From the NCBI GenBank assembly GCA_028534125.1, contig CM052818.1, positions 22,632,001 through 22,696,000 on the forward strand: 64,000 nt of DNA. Reading direction: 5' to 3'. The notes beneath the pieces are model-generated. The model saw only the letters and a program-made list of their open reading frames with translations. It did no database searches and was not told the DNA's origin. Below are positions 49,510 through 63,427 of this stretch, piece by piece (position 1 is the stretch's first letter; each line of letters begins with the position of its first letter). The stretch is from Lama glama (taxonomy: Eukaryota). The position numbers and the translations under genes are program-made.

Positions 49510-52500
49510 GCTGTGGCAGATTTTATGGGTAGATGACTCGCACTCTGCCTCCCATCTAGCTTGCCCTAATGTACCACTGGGGTTAGAGAGTTAAAGCAGT
49601 ACTTCCCAGACCGTGGCGCAGCTGGGGGTCTCTTTGTGACCCTCAAGGACAGCATCTATGCCATTCCTATCACCTCTGCATTTAACTCACCTGGTTGGCC
49701 TGAAGAGAAAATAAATGGAGTTTAGAAAAAGGCAATTATTTTAAGCTTAATTGGGTGGCAACTTCAACTAATGTGGTCTCTTTACAGGAACAGATTGTCA
49801 CAGCTGGTATTTGGATTGCAGTTAAAGCAAATACAATTTTCTCCAATTTAACAAGCAATCTAATGGAGCTGAAAGTGAGGGATGGTGAAAGGAGCCAACC
49901 GCAGCAAAACCTCACAGGACAGTTAAAAACAGCCTCCTAGGGTTTTAAGCAAGCTAAGACCTCTTTATCTCCTAACTATTCTTCTTTGTGTGACACGCAA
50001 TTTACCTGGAAGCCTGAGAAAAGAAAACCAAGCAATGGTGTAACCTGAGCCTCCCATGAGCCAGATTTCATCTAAGCCACAAAATCCTCTTCAGCTGTAC
50101 TCAGACCACCACTCTTCCTCATCCAGGAGGAGTACAGGGCATGGTTCAATGTCTCTACTCCTGAGGCAGTGGCATTTCTCCCTCAGCCCTCAGTCTGGTC
50201 TCATGGAAGTTCCATAGACATGTCAATTGCGGAGGAAAAACTCTGAATGTGGCAGATGGCTCTCCATGGTTATTATACTGCTGCAGCATTTCAGCCCAGA
50301 GCAGGAGTGATTCTGAAGCACAGTGAAGAAGGAAGAGCCTCCTGGAAGCCAGAACGTTTGAGTGGACATCTGCTTTTCTACTTTGAGTTGCAGGAGAGGT
50401 GCTAATCCATGCCCATCCGTGGACGATGGTTATTTACTTGTCACAATGATTGGGGAGTTGAAAGGAATCAGAGGACTTGTAACAATGAGGTTTAGAAAAG
50501 AGGTTTGTGGGACAGACATCTGAGGGTGGGCCTGAGCGTGAGGATATCTGAGCCCCCACGCTCACTCACAAAGCCTCCTCTGTAGAGGAGGTTTCTCGTT
50601 CATCGGCTGGATAAGCTGGTCTCCTTCATGGCTATCAGTCAGCCTCTTTCCCTAGCCACTCAAAGATTGCTCAAAGGACACCTATACAAAATGGACACAG
50701 AAGTAAGGAGACAGTTTATACATTTATGTCACCACATGGATGTCCTCTTAGCAAATCTGATCTGATTACTCTAAGTATCTAATCTGCAAGGAACACAGAC
50801 ACTGGGCCTCCAACATGGCATATTCCTGGTAACATGTCAGTTCAATTAGACTCAGCATCCTGGAATAACAGCTATCTGTTCTCATTGAATACACAATTGT
50901 TCTAGATATGATATGCCTTTTCTGCAATACCACACACAGACTTATTGCCACAGAACATGGCTCCTAACCCAGAGCTCAGAACCTCAGAAATGAAGGTTTA
51001 GGTCACCCCACTAGAACTCTGGTCAACCAAGATACCAAGGGAAAGGCAGGTAGGGGTCCTATTTTGAATGACAGCAAAGGCCTCAGAAGAGTTCTGCAAA
51101 TGGAGAAAGGAAAATTAAAGGAGCTATCTTTATTCCTTTCCTTGCCCAGTGTAATTATTTACCTCCTGTACCCAATTCCCTTTCTATTTTCATATAAGGT
51201 CTGTTGGTGGTGGTTTTCTTACCTTTATAACTTAATGCAGAAAGTACAAGCTATAAAGACAGGGTTATGACTAAAACCAGAGGAGGAAAAAGCATCAACC
51301 AGAGACGGATGTTGTGATATCAAGCCTCCCCATCGGAGGAAACAGTACCATATATTCGAATGATTCAAGGATAATTACTATTGTTCAAAAGTTGATGTAT
51401 GGAAAAGAAGCATTACAGAAGGCAAGGATGGATGCTAAGCAGTCAAAGAAGCAAGTGGTGGCAGAAACTGTATATCCATTTCCAACCCACTTCTAGCTGA
51501 CCTTCACTTTTCCCCAGATACTCCTGAACAAGGATCTGGACTAATGGGCCAGATTTAACCAAGCTGACAAACACGAGTGACATTTAGATATAAGTGAGCA
51601 ACATGCAGATAAGGCTGCATGAGGGGAGACTGGATAGTTTGGCAAGAACAGAGCTGAGATACCATACTTTTCTGGGGCATCTGTGTTGATCTTTCTACCT
51701 CCATGTTTGACATCATGGATTCCAAGCAGCAGAGAGCACAGGGTTATCCACTGTTTCTGGAAGTGTAGCATCCAAACCTGGTTCTCTAGTCTTCCCAAAG
51801 ATTTTATGAGAACCTAATATCCCATATGCTTTTTGGCTTAAATTAGATATAGTGAATTTGGTACTTAGCAACTAAGAACCCTGACTAATATAACCAAACC
51901 ATCTATTCATTATTCTAAACTATATGAGGTTAAGTTTTTCTCACTTATAATCAAAAGCACTCTAATACAAAAACTGGTAACAAGTGGAGTGTTCTAAGAC
52001 TAGATCCCAGATACGTGGCACTTACTGACAGTGTCAAGGTAGAACAGAGTCACGCAAGACTGGAGGCAGAGGCAGCAGATGCTGTGTGGGGTTCCTGCTG
52101 ACAGAGATGCCGTTGCTGGTTAGATACTGCTCTTGGCTTCACAAATTCTGGATGTGAAGCATTAAAACGTGGATCCCTGGCCTTCCTGGAGCTCTGTTGG
52201 CCTTCTAATACCCCTTTAAACAATTTCTTTCTCCTGAAACTAGCTTACTCAAATGGATTCTGTTGTCTCTATGACTTGCTCAGTATCCTTTTTGACTTCC
52301 TTCTAGTTCACTTTCTTATACCACAAAGGCTAGAAATCTAAACGTTTTACCTCCCCAAGACTCCTCTGTGATTTATTTCTGCCAATCAGACGTGTGTGAA
52401 TAAGACCAAAATTCACAAGTGATTAAGCAGGGATAGAGCAGATGGTGCACAAGGGATTCATTTTGCTGCAGCAGAAGTAGGAGGTGTAAATCTTTCTAGA

Positions 52501-52780
52501 GTCAACGGCTCTGCTAGAGGTCTCCTGATCTCAAAATCATGGTTAAAGAAGGGTGATCCTGGAGCAGAAGTTAACCCAGGAGCTTTTTAGTTTCCATATG
52601 GGGCAAAGGTAATCATCTGTGGAACCACTTCTGCGGGACTGTTCTGAGGTCCAGCCTGAGCCTACTTCTCCAACCCTACCAATGGCTTTAAGCACCTAAT
52701 TTTCTGAATTTAATTCCATTCTGTTCAAAACAGCTCCTATAATTTTGTTACCTGCAACTGAAGCCTAAATGACATAACAG
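49510..52780 (+). mobile_element. Cluster of ERVL-class LTRs and a degraded ERVL internal (pol) segment
   Basis: NVVSLQEQIVTAGIWIAVKANTIFS at 49755-49850 resembles ERVL RT; 50635-50720 resembles the ERVL integrase N-terminus; LTR-like ends gaaccctgactaatata (about 51890) and gcaactgaagcctaaatgacata (about 52775). Confidence 0.65.
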
Positions 52781-52879
52781 GTAGGAAATACCCTTTGCTG
52801 AAAGGAGTTTCTATGGCGAAGGACTTCATTGTATGTAGAGAGGACTTCGCCAATTTGCACTTTGAATTTTCCAGATTCC

Positions 52880-55200
52880 TCTGCATATGTCAGGTCCTGC
52901 TTAGGATGTAGAAATCCACAAGAGAATGTCTTTCCCACCCTAACAATGAGAAAAAATCAGATGTTTTGCAAAACTATACCAATACTTTACTCTATCAGAG
53001 AGCTAAAATTACAAGACAATAAACTGCACTAAATTCCCAAGTCACCCTGAGGAGAGACAGGACTCAAATTATTTTTACTTTGGCAAAGCATAAAAGAAAC
53101 AGATGACCAATAAAAATGAAGGTAAGAACAGCAACAAAATTTACTAAATTTTATTAAAGGTCAACAGTGGGCTAGGACAACTGTTTAGCATCCATGGAAG
53201 CTCTAGACACAAGGGGAATCCAAATCTATTTGCCATAGATCTCTATCAGGTGTTCATCAGAAAGAAATGGACCAGAGCAAGAAACCTGAGGAATCCATTA
53301 GTGGTGATGAAAATGTGAATCTACACAAAGAAATGAAGAGGGGGCAAAAAGGGTAAATTTTTTAAAAATTAATAACAATAAATAAATAAATATTGGGGGG
53401 ATCTGTTTAAAAGATTACTGATTATCTAAAGCAAGAAATAGTGATAATGTACTGTGGGATTTAGAACATGGGCAGAAATAAAATATATGACAATGAAAGC
53501 ACAAGAATGGGAAGGAGGAGCTAAAAGTGTACTGTCATGGTTCTTATAATCTATGTGATTTAAGCAGTATTTGACTCAAAGGTAGAATATGGTATGTTAA
53601 AGATACGTGCAGTAAACCTGTCTTTTCAAAAAAGTTTAATAAACCACTAGTAGAGGTGAAATGGGAATCATAAAGAAAGAAAAAAAGGAGAAAGAACAAA
53701 GAACAGTGGGATAAATGGAAAATTCGCATAAGATGGTGGATTTAAACTGATAATTATTATATTACTGGTAGTTATATTAAAGGTAAGTGGTCTAAACACT
53801 CCTCATAAAAGGCAGAGATGGTCAGATTGGTTAAAAAAAATAATAATCTAACTGTACCCTGTTTACAAAAAGCCCACTCTGGACATAAATAAAAGTAAAA
53901 GGATGGAAACAAGAAATACCTGGAAACAAAATAAATCTGGAGTGGGAATTAGTAGGAGAAAAAGTAGACTTCACCACAAGGCATATTAGCAGGGATACAG
54001 AAACATGATGTAAAGAAAAAAGGGTCAATTCATATGAAACGTTAACAATCTTAAATGTGTATGTAACTAATAACAGAGATTCAACATATTTAAAGCAAAA
54101 ACCTAATACAATTGAAAAGAAAAATAGAAAAATCCACAATTATAGGTAGAGACTTCTATTACATCGCTCTTTCAACAAGTAATATAACAAGTGGCCAGAA
54201 AAATCAGTAAGGCTCCAGAAGACTTGAACACTATGGGTAAACTTGACCTAAGGAACATTTACAGGACATCCTACCTAACAGCAAAATATCTATTCTTTCA
54301 AGAACACACGGTGCATTCACCATAATAAACCATATACTGGGTCAAAATCAATCAAATCTCTAAAATGTAAAATTTGTGGCTTTGGGGTTACGTTTTCTAA
54401 ATACAGCAGAATTAACCTGGAAGTCATAACAGAAAAATATATGGGGGAAACCCACAAATATGGGAAACTTACTTCTAAATAATCCATGGGTCAAAAAAGA
54501 AATCATAGGTAAAAATGAAAAAAATACTCTGAAGGAATGAAAACAAAACTTATTATACTCTGTCAGATGAAGCTATATAAAGCAGTGCACAAGGAAACTG
54601 CCACACTCCCTTTCCTCCATCAGGTGTCCAGCAGGAAGAACTTGGACAGGGCAAGAGAACTAAGAAAGTGCCCACTGGTGGTGATGTGGGTGTGCACAAT
54701 GGTGATCAGCTACCACAGGGGGACCAGGCCGAAAACCCCTTGCTTCCCAGATCCTTCTCTTACATCCTCCTTTCATATGAAGCAAAAGTGTCTGCCATCT
54801 GAAAGGGACTAGAAACCATCTCACCCCAAGTCCCAGGCAAAGTGCAGTGGTCAACGGAGGGGGACTGGAAATTAGCTCACATCCAAGAACCCCTGCGAAT
54901 AAAAGGCTACACAAGACAGAGACTGGCTGCCACAAGAGAGCTGGAGGAAGAGCAGAAATGCTGTGGGAGCTCCAGCCCTGAGACTCAGGCACACAAAGCC
55001 TGCCCAAGACTGGGCTAAAACAGCACAACTAAGAAACCCCCTGTGCCCTCACACCATGAACCTGCAACACCATTCTACCACTAGGGGAAGGGCAAAAATG
55101 TGGGGAGAGGCTCTGTAGTGCAAGGCCTGCTGAGGATGGTAGGGGAACACTGAAAAACCCCTCTGCTATCCGAGTCCCACATTAAGCATAAGACTTAGAA
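52880..55200 (+). mobile_element. Old L1M fragments (5' region and ORF2 endonuclease region)
   Basis: taaaaggcagagatggtcagattgg, aaaagtagacttca, acaatcttaaatgtgtatgtaactaataacagag and acttctaaataatccatgggtcaaa are L1 ORF2-like. Confidence 0.75.
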
Positions 55201-55879
55201 GTCTGTTCACCCCTTCAGTGAGGGAAGGACCCGCCCTTCAAAACAGTGCAGGATGGCTAGACATACAACATACGACACTGGAGACAAAACAGATGAGGCT
55301 GACAGCAGCTTATTAGTCACATATACTTGCAGTCCAGGAGAAGAGGACACTGCACACCATGTAAGGCTGCACGGGAATTGCAGTTGAGAAAAGTGAGCCG
55401 GCAGGGGCAGTGGAAGTGAGGCTTTGTGTAACGAGGAGAGCTGTGCCCTCATTCTGGAAGAAAGTCCCCACAGCAGGATGTGATTGGCTTGTTTCAATAA
55501 CTCTGCATGCTGGCAGGGTAGTGAAACTCATTAGGTTGAAGACTGGGTAGGGTGCTAGATGAAGTAACCAGGTCGGGTGGGTTTTCTGCTAGGTGAGGGG
55601 CATATCTGGCAAGAATGGAGAAACTCAGTTAAGCTTCTGGGGCCCTGTGAGGTTCAAAGATGTATGAGTACATGAAATAGTAGGCCTTCCAACACAGCGG
55701 TGTATTGAAGGTAACCAGAACAACAAGGAAATCCAAATCTGGCCAGCTACAGACTATATTAACACAATGTTATATTAATATAACAAAGGCTCTAGTTGAA
55801 AAGGCAAAATAGAAGGAGAATTTAAATAGTGATAATAAGCATAAAATATGAATGTGAGAAAAATATGCTATCGTATTTA

Positions 55880-57570
55880 CAGAATTCTCACAGCAGGGGA
55901 CTCTGTGGCGTGGATCTCAGCAGCCTGCTCTGCAGAGGGAACTGGCAGCTTCTGCCCCCGAGGTAATTCAGAGCCACTGCTGCTACTGGCCTCCTGGAGA
56001 GGGAGATGCTGCTGTGTCCGCATCCCAGGACAGGGCTGCCAGCCCTCAGCTCCCACTCCATGCACACTCCAGACCCCAGAGCTGCACGTGTGCTCACATC
56101 GCAGGAACCAGAGCCACTGACACTGTGGGCTAGCCAGCAAACTAAGCCCCAGGCCTGTGAGCACACATATTCCACTCCTGGCTCTGGGACACATCCGAGC
56201 ATGTTCACATCTCAGGCACTACTTGCTACCATGAGGGCACTCCAAAGCCACATCCAGCACCAAGAGGGATCCTTTTGCCCAAGACATACCTTGTGGGAGT
56301 TCAGGAGGTCTGCAGCAACCTTTGCCACTGAAGACCCCAACAGCCCTCAGTGTTACTGTAGACACACACAGCCTTGGTTGCTGAGGACCCCTGCAATCTT
56401 CACCAACACTGACCTCAGCTGATAAAGCTGAATGTGCGCTATGCCAATGGGCCTCCCTAGGGGCTAGAACCATCATCACACCTCACTCACCTGGTACCCT
56501 TGCACCTACCTGCAGATGACTGCTCAATCAAATGGACAGAATTAACAAAAGGCTATGAGAAACATGAAAAATTAAGAAAACATGACACCCTCACAGGAAC
56601 ATAGTAACTTTCCAGGAACTGATCCTAAAGAAATAGAGATCTAGGATTTGCCTCACAAAGAATTCAGAAGAATTATTTTAAGAAAGCTGAGTGAGCTGCA
56701 AGAAAATATGGATAGAGAAGTCAACAAAATCAGAAAAACAGCATACAAACAAGTTCAACAGACAGAGAAATCATTTTTAAAAAACCCAAACTCTAAAGCT
56801 GAAGGATATAATGAATCTAATGAAAAATACAATACAGGACATCAACAACAGACTTGATCAAGCAGAAATATCTGTGAACTCAAAGACAGGTCATTAGAAA
56901 TTACCCAGTCAGAGGAGGGAAAAATGAAAAGAGTGATTCCAATTAGCAGAAGGAAGGAAACAATAAAGATCAAAGAAGAAATAAAGAAGTAGAAACGAGA
57001 AAACCAATAGAAAAGATCTATGAACTAAGAGTTGATTTTTTGAAAAGAGAAACAAAATTGACAAACCATTAGCTAAACTAAGAAGAGAGAAGACCAAAAT
57101 AAAATAAGAAGTGAAAGAGGAGACGTTACAAATGAGACCACAGAAATATAAAGGATCATAAAAGACTGCTATGAACAATTACACATAAACAAATTGGATA
57201 ATCTAGGAAAAAAATGGATAAATTCCTAGAAACATACAACCTGAATCCTGGAGAAACAGAAAATGTGAATGACCTATAACTAGTCAGGAGACTGAATCAA
57301 AAACCTTCCAACCAAGAAAAGCTCAGGACTAGATGGCTTCACCAAACATTTAAAGAAGAATTAATGCCAATTCTTCTCTATATCCTCACCAACATGTTAT
57401 CTTTCTCTCTCTCTATTTTAAAATAATAGTCAAGCCAACAGGTATGAGACAATATCACACTGTGATTTTGATTTGTATTTCCCTGATGACTAGTGATGCT
57501 GAACACTTTTTCATATACCTGCTTTTCACCAGTGAGTATGGTATTAGCCGTAGGCTTGTCATACATGGTC
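55880..57570 (+). mobile_element. L1 remnant with 5' UTR, ORF1 start, ORF2 pieces and an inverted terminal ORF2 piece
   Basis: ORF 56648..56857 KEFRRIILRKLSELQENMDR is L1 ORF1-like; aaaattgacaaaccattagcta and ttcctagaaacatacaac are ORF2-like; minus ORF 57378..57566 YDKPTANTILTGEK is ORF2-like. Confidence 0.8.
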
Positions 57571-59414
57571 TGTAGATTTTAGTATTACTTTACAAGTACA
57601 GGGTGGTGGAGGGGAGAGATAATAAGTTTAAAAACACCACAAACTACACAAAACACAAACTCTTTGAACAGCCAGGCTCGTGATGTTCTACCTTCTTTAA
57701 GGTTTTTGACACTGGTGGCCAATTCCAGTCTCCAAAATACAACAAATCTCATGTGGATTAGCTCACTGACAAGCATTTTAACCACTTCAGAAAAACTAAT
57801 ATACATCATGCCACAAATTTACAAGAATTCTGTTAGACCATGAAGGCATTATTGCTGCTATATTAATTTTCACACAGTTATTTATCTCCTATCAATGCCC
57901 ACCTCTATGTCTAAGAACACTGCACCAAGCTACTTTCAGAGTTACTTCCTAGTCCTGTATTAAGTGCCCAGGAGTGCTGTCTACAAGTTTCATAGCTAGT
58001 GTATAGATGTCAATCTGCTGTTTTCTCCCTTTACACCCCAGAGGTCCAGCTGAAATGCCAGTTAACTCCATGAATCCACTCCTGAGTTGACAGGCAAAAC
58101 TAACAGTTTCCTTCCCACTACTCCCATAATACTTGTTCTTCCTACCAATAGAAATGATTACATTATATTTCACTTGAGGGCATATCTTTCTCTCTCTTGA
58201 TCTTGACTATGAAACCATTTCTTGAAGAAGGACCACATTCAGCTTCTGTTGCATGTCTAGTGTGTACCTGAGGGCCTGGTATGTTGCAGATACTCAGTAA
58301 ACAACTGATGAGTTGAACTGAGTTCAGAATGATTACTAGGACATAAAATAAACATGTCTGACAGTGCAGGGAAAAGCAGTTTCACTCCAGCGTTTTGTTT
58401 CTGCAGTTTCTATTTAGTGGTGTAACTATATTATATTAATAACATTGCACTGGTGTCTTATTCTGACCATCTGAAGCTAAATGCCACGAATGCATTTTAA
58501 ATTCTCAGCTGCACATCCTATAAACTGAAACCATGACATATAACAATCTGGGTAACGAGTGAAGTTTTGCCAGAACAAATGCTAGTAACACTAACAGCTT
58601 TAATTATCATGTTTGAGATTTAATTGATCAACCTCTATCGGTAAGTAACAATTTTCCTTCAGAAATAATTCAAAGAAGGTACAGCAACATAAAAGGCAGG
58701 AGATTAGCTTACATTAAATACTTCATATTTAAAAAGCATTTTCATAATTTAAAAAAAAAGGAATGACTGCTATTGAAAGCTATTTATGAACTTCTCAAAT
58801 AGAAATTTCCCCATTTCAAAGAGATTGAGAGCTTAATTGAGTTCAATTCCATAAATACAAAGACAAAGGAAGTACATAAAAGTAGACAAGATTACCTGGT
58901 ATTTAAAATGCAAGATACTGCATATCATTAAGAGGAGTCAGAGATCCAAAACCCATAAAGCAAATTCTCCTACTCTGCTTGGTACAGGTGGTTTCTATGT
59001 TAGAGGTCTGTATCAAATTCAGGCTCAATGATTAGTAAGACAACTAGAAAAATGCTGAAGGGTCTAAAGGAGAGCAACAAGCTTAAAAAGCAGAGGTAAG
59101 AAATATTTAGTGCAAATGGTTAGAAAAGCTGTACATATTTTAAACTTGGAACTCAGAGAGAGGTGAAGAGGATGAATTCATACTGCCAAAGTTTACAGCA
59201 AGAACTCAGGGCCTCCTGACCCTGGGTCTTACTCACAATTACTTCTCAGGACAAATGACAATTTCTCCCTCCACAAGACTGGCCTTCATTCTATGTTGAG
59301 CAGATAAAAATTACTAAGTCACAGGCTTGGCAGATGAATAGTCTAAGGTTTACAAATTTTTAAAACAGAAAATATTCCCATCCCATTTTATTTAATTCAC
59401 AATTTTGTACTCAC

Positions 59415-59603
59415 AAAGTCTTGGCGTATGTCGTTGAAATCTTTGCCATATTTTTCCAGTGCCTCTTCAAATAAACTAGCTTCAGAGGCCGACCATTCTT
59501 CCATTTCATCTCTGCATAAAACGGGTCCCCCAAGTGGTACTAAGACACTAATTGCGCTGCTCAGATCATAGCTGTGCCTATACAACGTATCCATAGCATG
59601 AAA
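59415..59603 (-). CDS. MTA3: MTA3 coding exon (exon 9 equivalent; end of ELM2 and start of SANT); earlier exons lie beyond the window end
   Basis: tttag|TTT acceptor and TTT|gtgagt donor; encodes [63 protein letters not shown]; 189 bp. Confidence 0.98.
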
Positions 59604-62600
59604 CTAAAGAAAACAAACAAAATGGAAAAGATCAGCCAGAAATGCCACCTTTCTAGATTATTTGAGAACAGAAATAGTAAAATGCATGATACACTTAATT
59701 AACAGCAATATACTTAGTATTTATTTTTAAGTAACAAAATTAGGAAAAAGTTAAACAGATTACTTATTTAAAATATCATGTATTGCTTTTATGAAAATGT
59801 TGATTTCTACCTTTAAAGGTGTGTATTTTAAAAAATGCATTCATTAGTTACAGCAACCTAATCACGAAGATCTAGGACCTCCAGGTATTAAAATGAGAAC
59901 CCAGTAAATTTCACCATCTTCTTGTTTAAAAGTGCCAAAGTCACTTCAGTTATTGTACAAGGCTGGCACAGCCTTCCTTGACAAGGGACAAATCTGTAGA
60001 CAGAGTACGTACCATAGAGTAAGAAAAGATATTCTCAGGTTACGAGAACAATACACTAAGAATAAGAGATCGATAGAAAACAAAAGGAGAATGATGGTGA
60101 GTCAAAATGACACATCCATGTTAAACAAAATAAAACAAACAAAATTACACATGCTTGTAAAAAGAGTAACTTGATTGAGATCCTCTAAGACCAAGAATAG
60201 ACAACCAGGCTTGCTTGGAACAGCTAGCTAGGCTGGTGTGGGTTTCATATATATTTCACAGGACAGTGATTTGAAGAGAAATTGGAAAGGAGGAAGGATG
60301 GAGTAGGATAATATAACTGCTTCTTTTTGACAGTACCCTGGGTCTAGCTTACTGTAAAAAGTTTCATTCATAATATGCAGACATATTTGTATGTACAACA
60401 GGAAAACTGCAAAACAGAACGGTCACTCTGTCAGTGTCTGGATAAGCATATTGGTGTGGCACAGATTTGTTTGGTGATCGAATCCTTGAAAAGTGAGTGG
60501 TTCTGTTTAAACTTTCTAGTATATGAAAGCCAAGTCTTACACCTTTTACACAAAGTATCTTCTGATAATTTTAAAATTTCATAAATTTAGAGTCATATCT
60601 ATGCGACATTTCTTAAAAATGTAGCTTATAAGTGATCCCTAAAATATTTGGTAGGGGACAGCGAACCTGGTACAAAAACATAAAATAAGCTCAAATGTCA
60701 ACTAACATCTATTACAGAGAAAAAAAATATTAGCTAAAGTACACATTAAAAAAATGTTATTTACACTGTGATACATTAAGACGCTGATTAAGGGTGTAGA
60801 ATATGAATTTGTTGACAAAGCCAAAGGCAGGATTCAGGACATGTTTAGGAACAGTAATCAACTGTTTTAACAAAGGTTGACATCTCACTTAAAATAAGTC
60901 ATTGGATTCCACAAAAGTAAGTAGGGATTCATTGTCAATCTCCTAGTTATAATCACAGCTAAGACCACACTGACCATGTGCAGTCTTTCACTGTATGTGT
61001 CACAATCATGGACTAGTAAGTGCAACTTTCAAGTGAATTTCTTCTCACCTTTCTGCAGCAGAGGTTACAAAAATGTTAGAATTGACCTTTATTCCTCACT
61101 TGCGCTCTGCAAACTTCAGAATCCACTAAACTCTACTTCTCTAGCTAACCTCTCACTTAACAGATTCAGCAGTTTAACTGTATACACACTATTATACATT
61201 CTGTCACCATCCCTGAAACTACTGTTTCTAGATAACTGATCTATGAAAGCATATGCTAGAACTATGAACTACTTAGCACAGGGACTTAGGGATCACTTCA
61301 ATTAATAATATATTTCCATAACAATTATTTTTAAAACTCCTAAATTTACAGGAGTTAACTAAAAAATGGCATTCAAAATCAGTAATTATACAAAGTAACT
61401 GTGCTGCTGAGATTCCTCAGGAGGTACAAGAAATTTCTGTAATGAACAGGTGGCTCTGAAAACAAAAGTCACAGAATTAAATGCATTTATCTCAGCTGAG
61501 TATTATAACACTCAAAGTGTGAATGGATTTTCAGTCTTTTGTTCATATTAGATGAATGAAGATGCCTTTTTATAGGCACTTTTAAAACAATGATGGGCTA
61601 CTATCTAATAAAGCCTCAAAGTATCAGGTTGTTTTAAAAGTTCTGTTCTGCAGAGTGTTTATGTTACGAAACACTGAAGTAAGGATTTGCTTTTCGAAGA
61701 CAAGTTCCTGTGTTGTGTCACAAATCAAATGGAAAGAATGGTCGAATTTACAGCTGACTGCCAGCTATGAAATCTCCAAAACCCACATTTACACCACAGC
61801 CCGGAGTGTGGTAACGATCAGGATGCGTAGAAAAATAAACATCCCATCAGACATAGGTACTGTGGGATGCCTAAGGATAATTCTGTTAAAATCAATGACC
61901 AACTTTACAAAGGAAACCAGAGGACTACTTTATTATTTGCCAGGAATTGATATTAACTCCATCTTTCTGACAGACATAAAAGCTTCTTCTGAATGGACTT
62001 TTGTTTAGTCTAATTCTATCCTGAAAAGCTAAGTAAATAATACACAGAATATAGTTCCTAAAACAGAAGAGACACTACCCAGTGAAGATTCATAAAAAAA
62101 AGTGAAAAGACATAGAAGTTTGACATAATTGGCTTATTGTCTATCAACTAAGATAAAAACTTGAAGAGTAAGACATACAAGAGAACATACTCTAATTCCA
62201 TTTATAAGAATTTTGAGAAAAGTAACTAAATTAACTGATGATGAGAGAAACAGAATAATGACTACATGAGAGGGGGGAATCACCGACTGGAAAGGCGCAT
62301 AAGGGAAATTTGCTCTTCATCTAGATCTAGGTGGTGGTTATATGGATGCATACGTATATAAAAATTTATAAGCTATGACCTAACTGTACTTAACATACTT
62401 TATTATATATATATACCTCAACTAAAAAAAAAAGATAAAGAACTTAAAAACTGAAAGTCCTCCCTTCAGATAAATGCTTTGCAAAGAGACCATCTTTTCA
62501 GTAGAGATACAGATATACATGACAAGATCCACTCAAATCTAAATTTTAAAAATTATAAGAACTCAGCACAAGCTGTTCTCTCTGCCAAATAGTGGTGAAG

Positions 62601-62729
62601 GTGTTGTCACATTTCATCTCATTTAAAACAGATGGAGATGACAAACAGAAGTATTTTAGGAAAAAGACTGACAATGAAATCTTGGCAGTGGAACTCTCAT
62701 CTTTTGTTCATTAAGCAGAATCACACTAT

Positions 62730-63090
62730 TGTAGATTGGTCTATTGTTCAGTAAATATTCACTCCCTCCCCTGAACCTCCATAGGAGAGTATTCTTCCAT
62801 TCCCTTGAGATTGGGTCTGGCCACGTGATTTGTGTGACCAACTGGATGCTAAGATGTGTGACATAACAGAGCCTTGACATGAGTTTATGCATTTGGACTT
62901 GTGCTAGTGGCTTTTATCAATAGAGGATGAGACATACATGGACCAGATCTGGACCCAACCTACAGCTTCACACCTAAACCAGCCCAGTGTAGTTTAGCAG
63001 AATCCTGGACAATCTGTAGAGGAATGCACAAGAAATGAATGCTTGTTGTTATAAGCCAATGAAATTCTGGGCAGTGTAATAGATACAGTG
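62730..63090 (+). mobile_element. MLT1-type (MaLR) solo LTR
   Basis: ggccacgtgatttgtgtgaccaactggatg...gcttgttgttataagccaatgaaattctggg...taatagataca. Confidence 0.7.
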
Positions 63091-63134
63091 TTTTCCCCTT
63101 TAAGAATTAAGAACTTTTTCACCAGTGCTAGAAG

Positions 63135-63427
63135 TGCTGTGAGATGACAGCCTTCAGCTGTTGCTCCTCTTGGAATCATCTCAGTTTAAGAAATATTCAT
63201 CACCCAAGGTCTGTCCTCTTCCTGGGGCAGCCTGCATCCAATGACGCAGCAGTGTAAAGGCTGAGGTCTTCATTCACACTGTGTCACAGCCCACCTTCTC
63301 CCTCTGTTCAATCCTGCCTCCTTCCTTTCTCTTCCACAGGTATTGATCCAAAGGGTACTCCTTAATAAATTTCCAGGATGCTAATCTCCATCTCAAAACC
63401 TGTTTCCCAAGAACCCAACTTGTAACA
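63135..63427 (+). mobile_element. LTR16-like ERVL LTR 3' half
   Basis: ttccacaggtattgatcc...ctccttaataaatttcc...gctaatctccatctcaaaacctgtttcccaagaacccaacttgtaaca. Confidence 0.7.
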
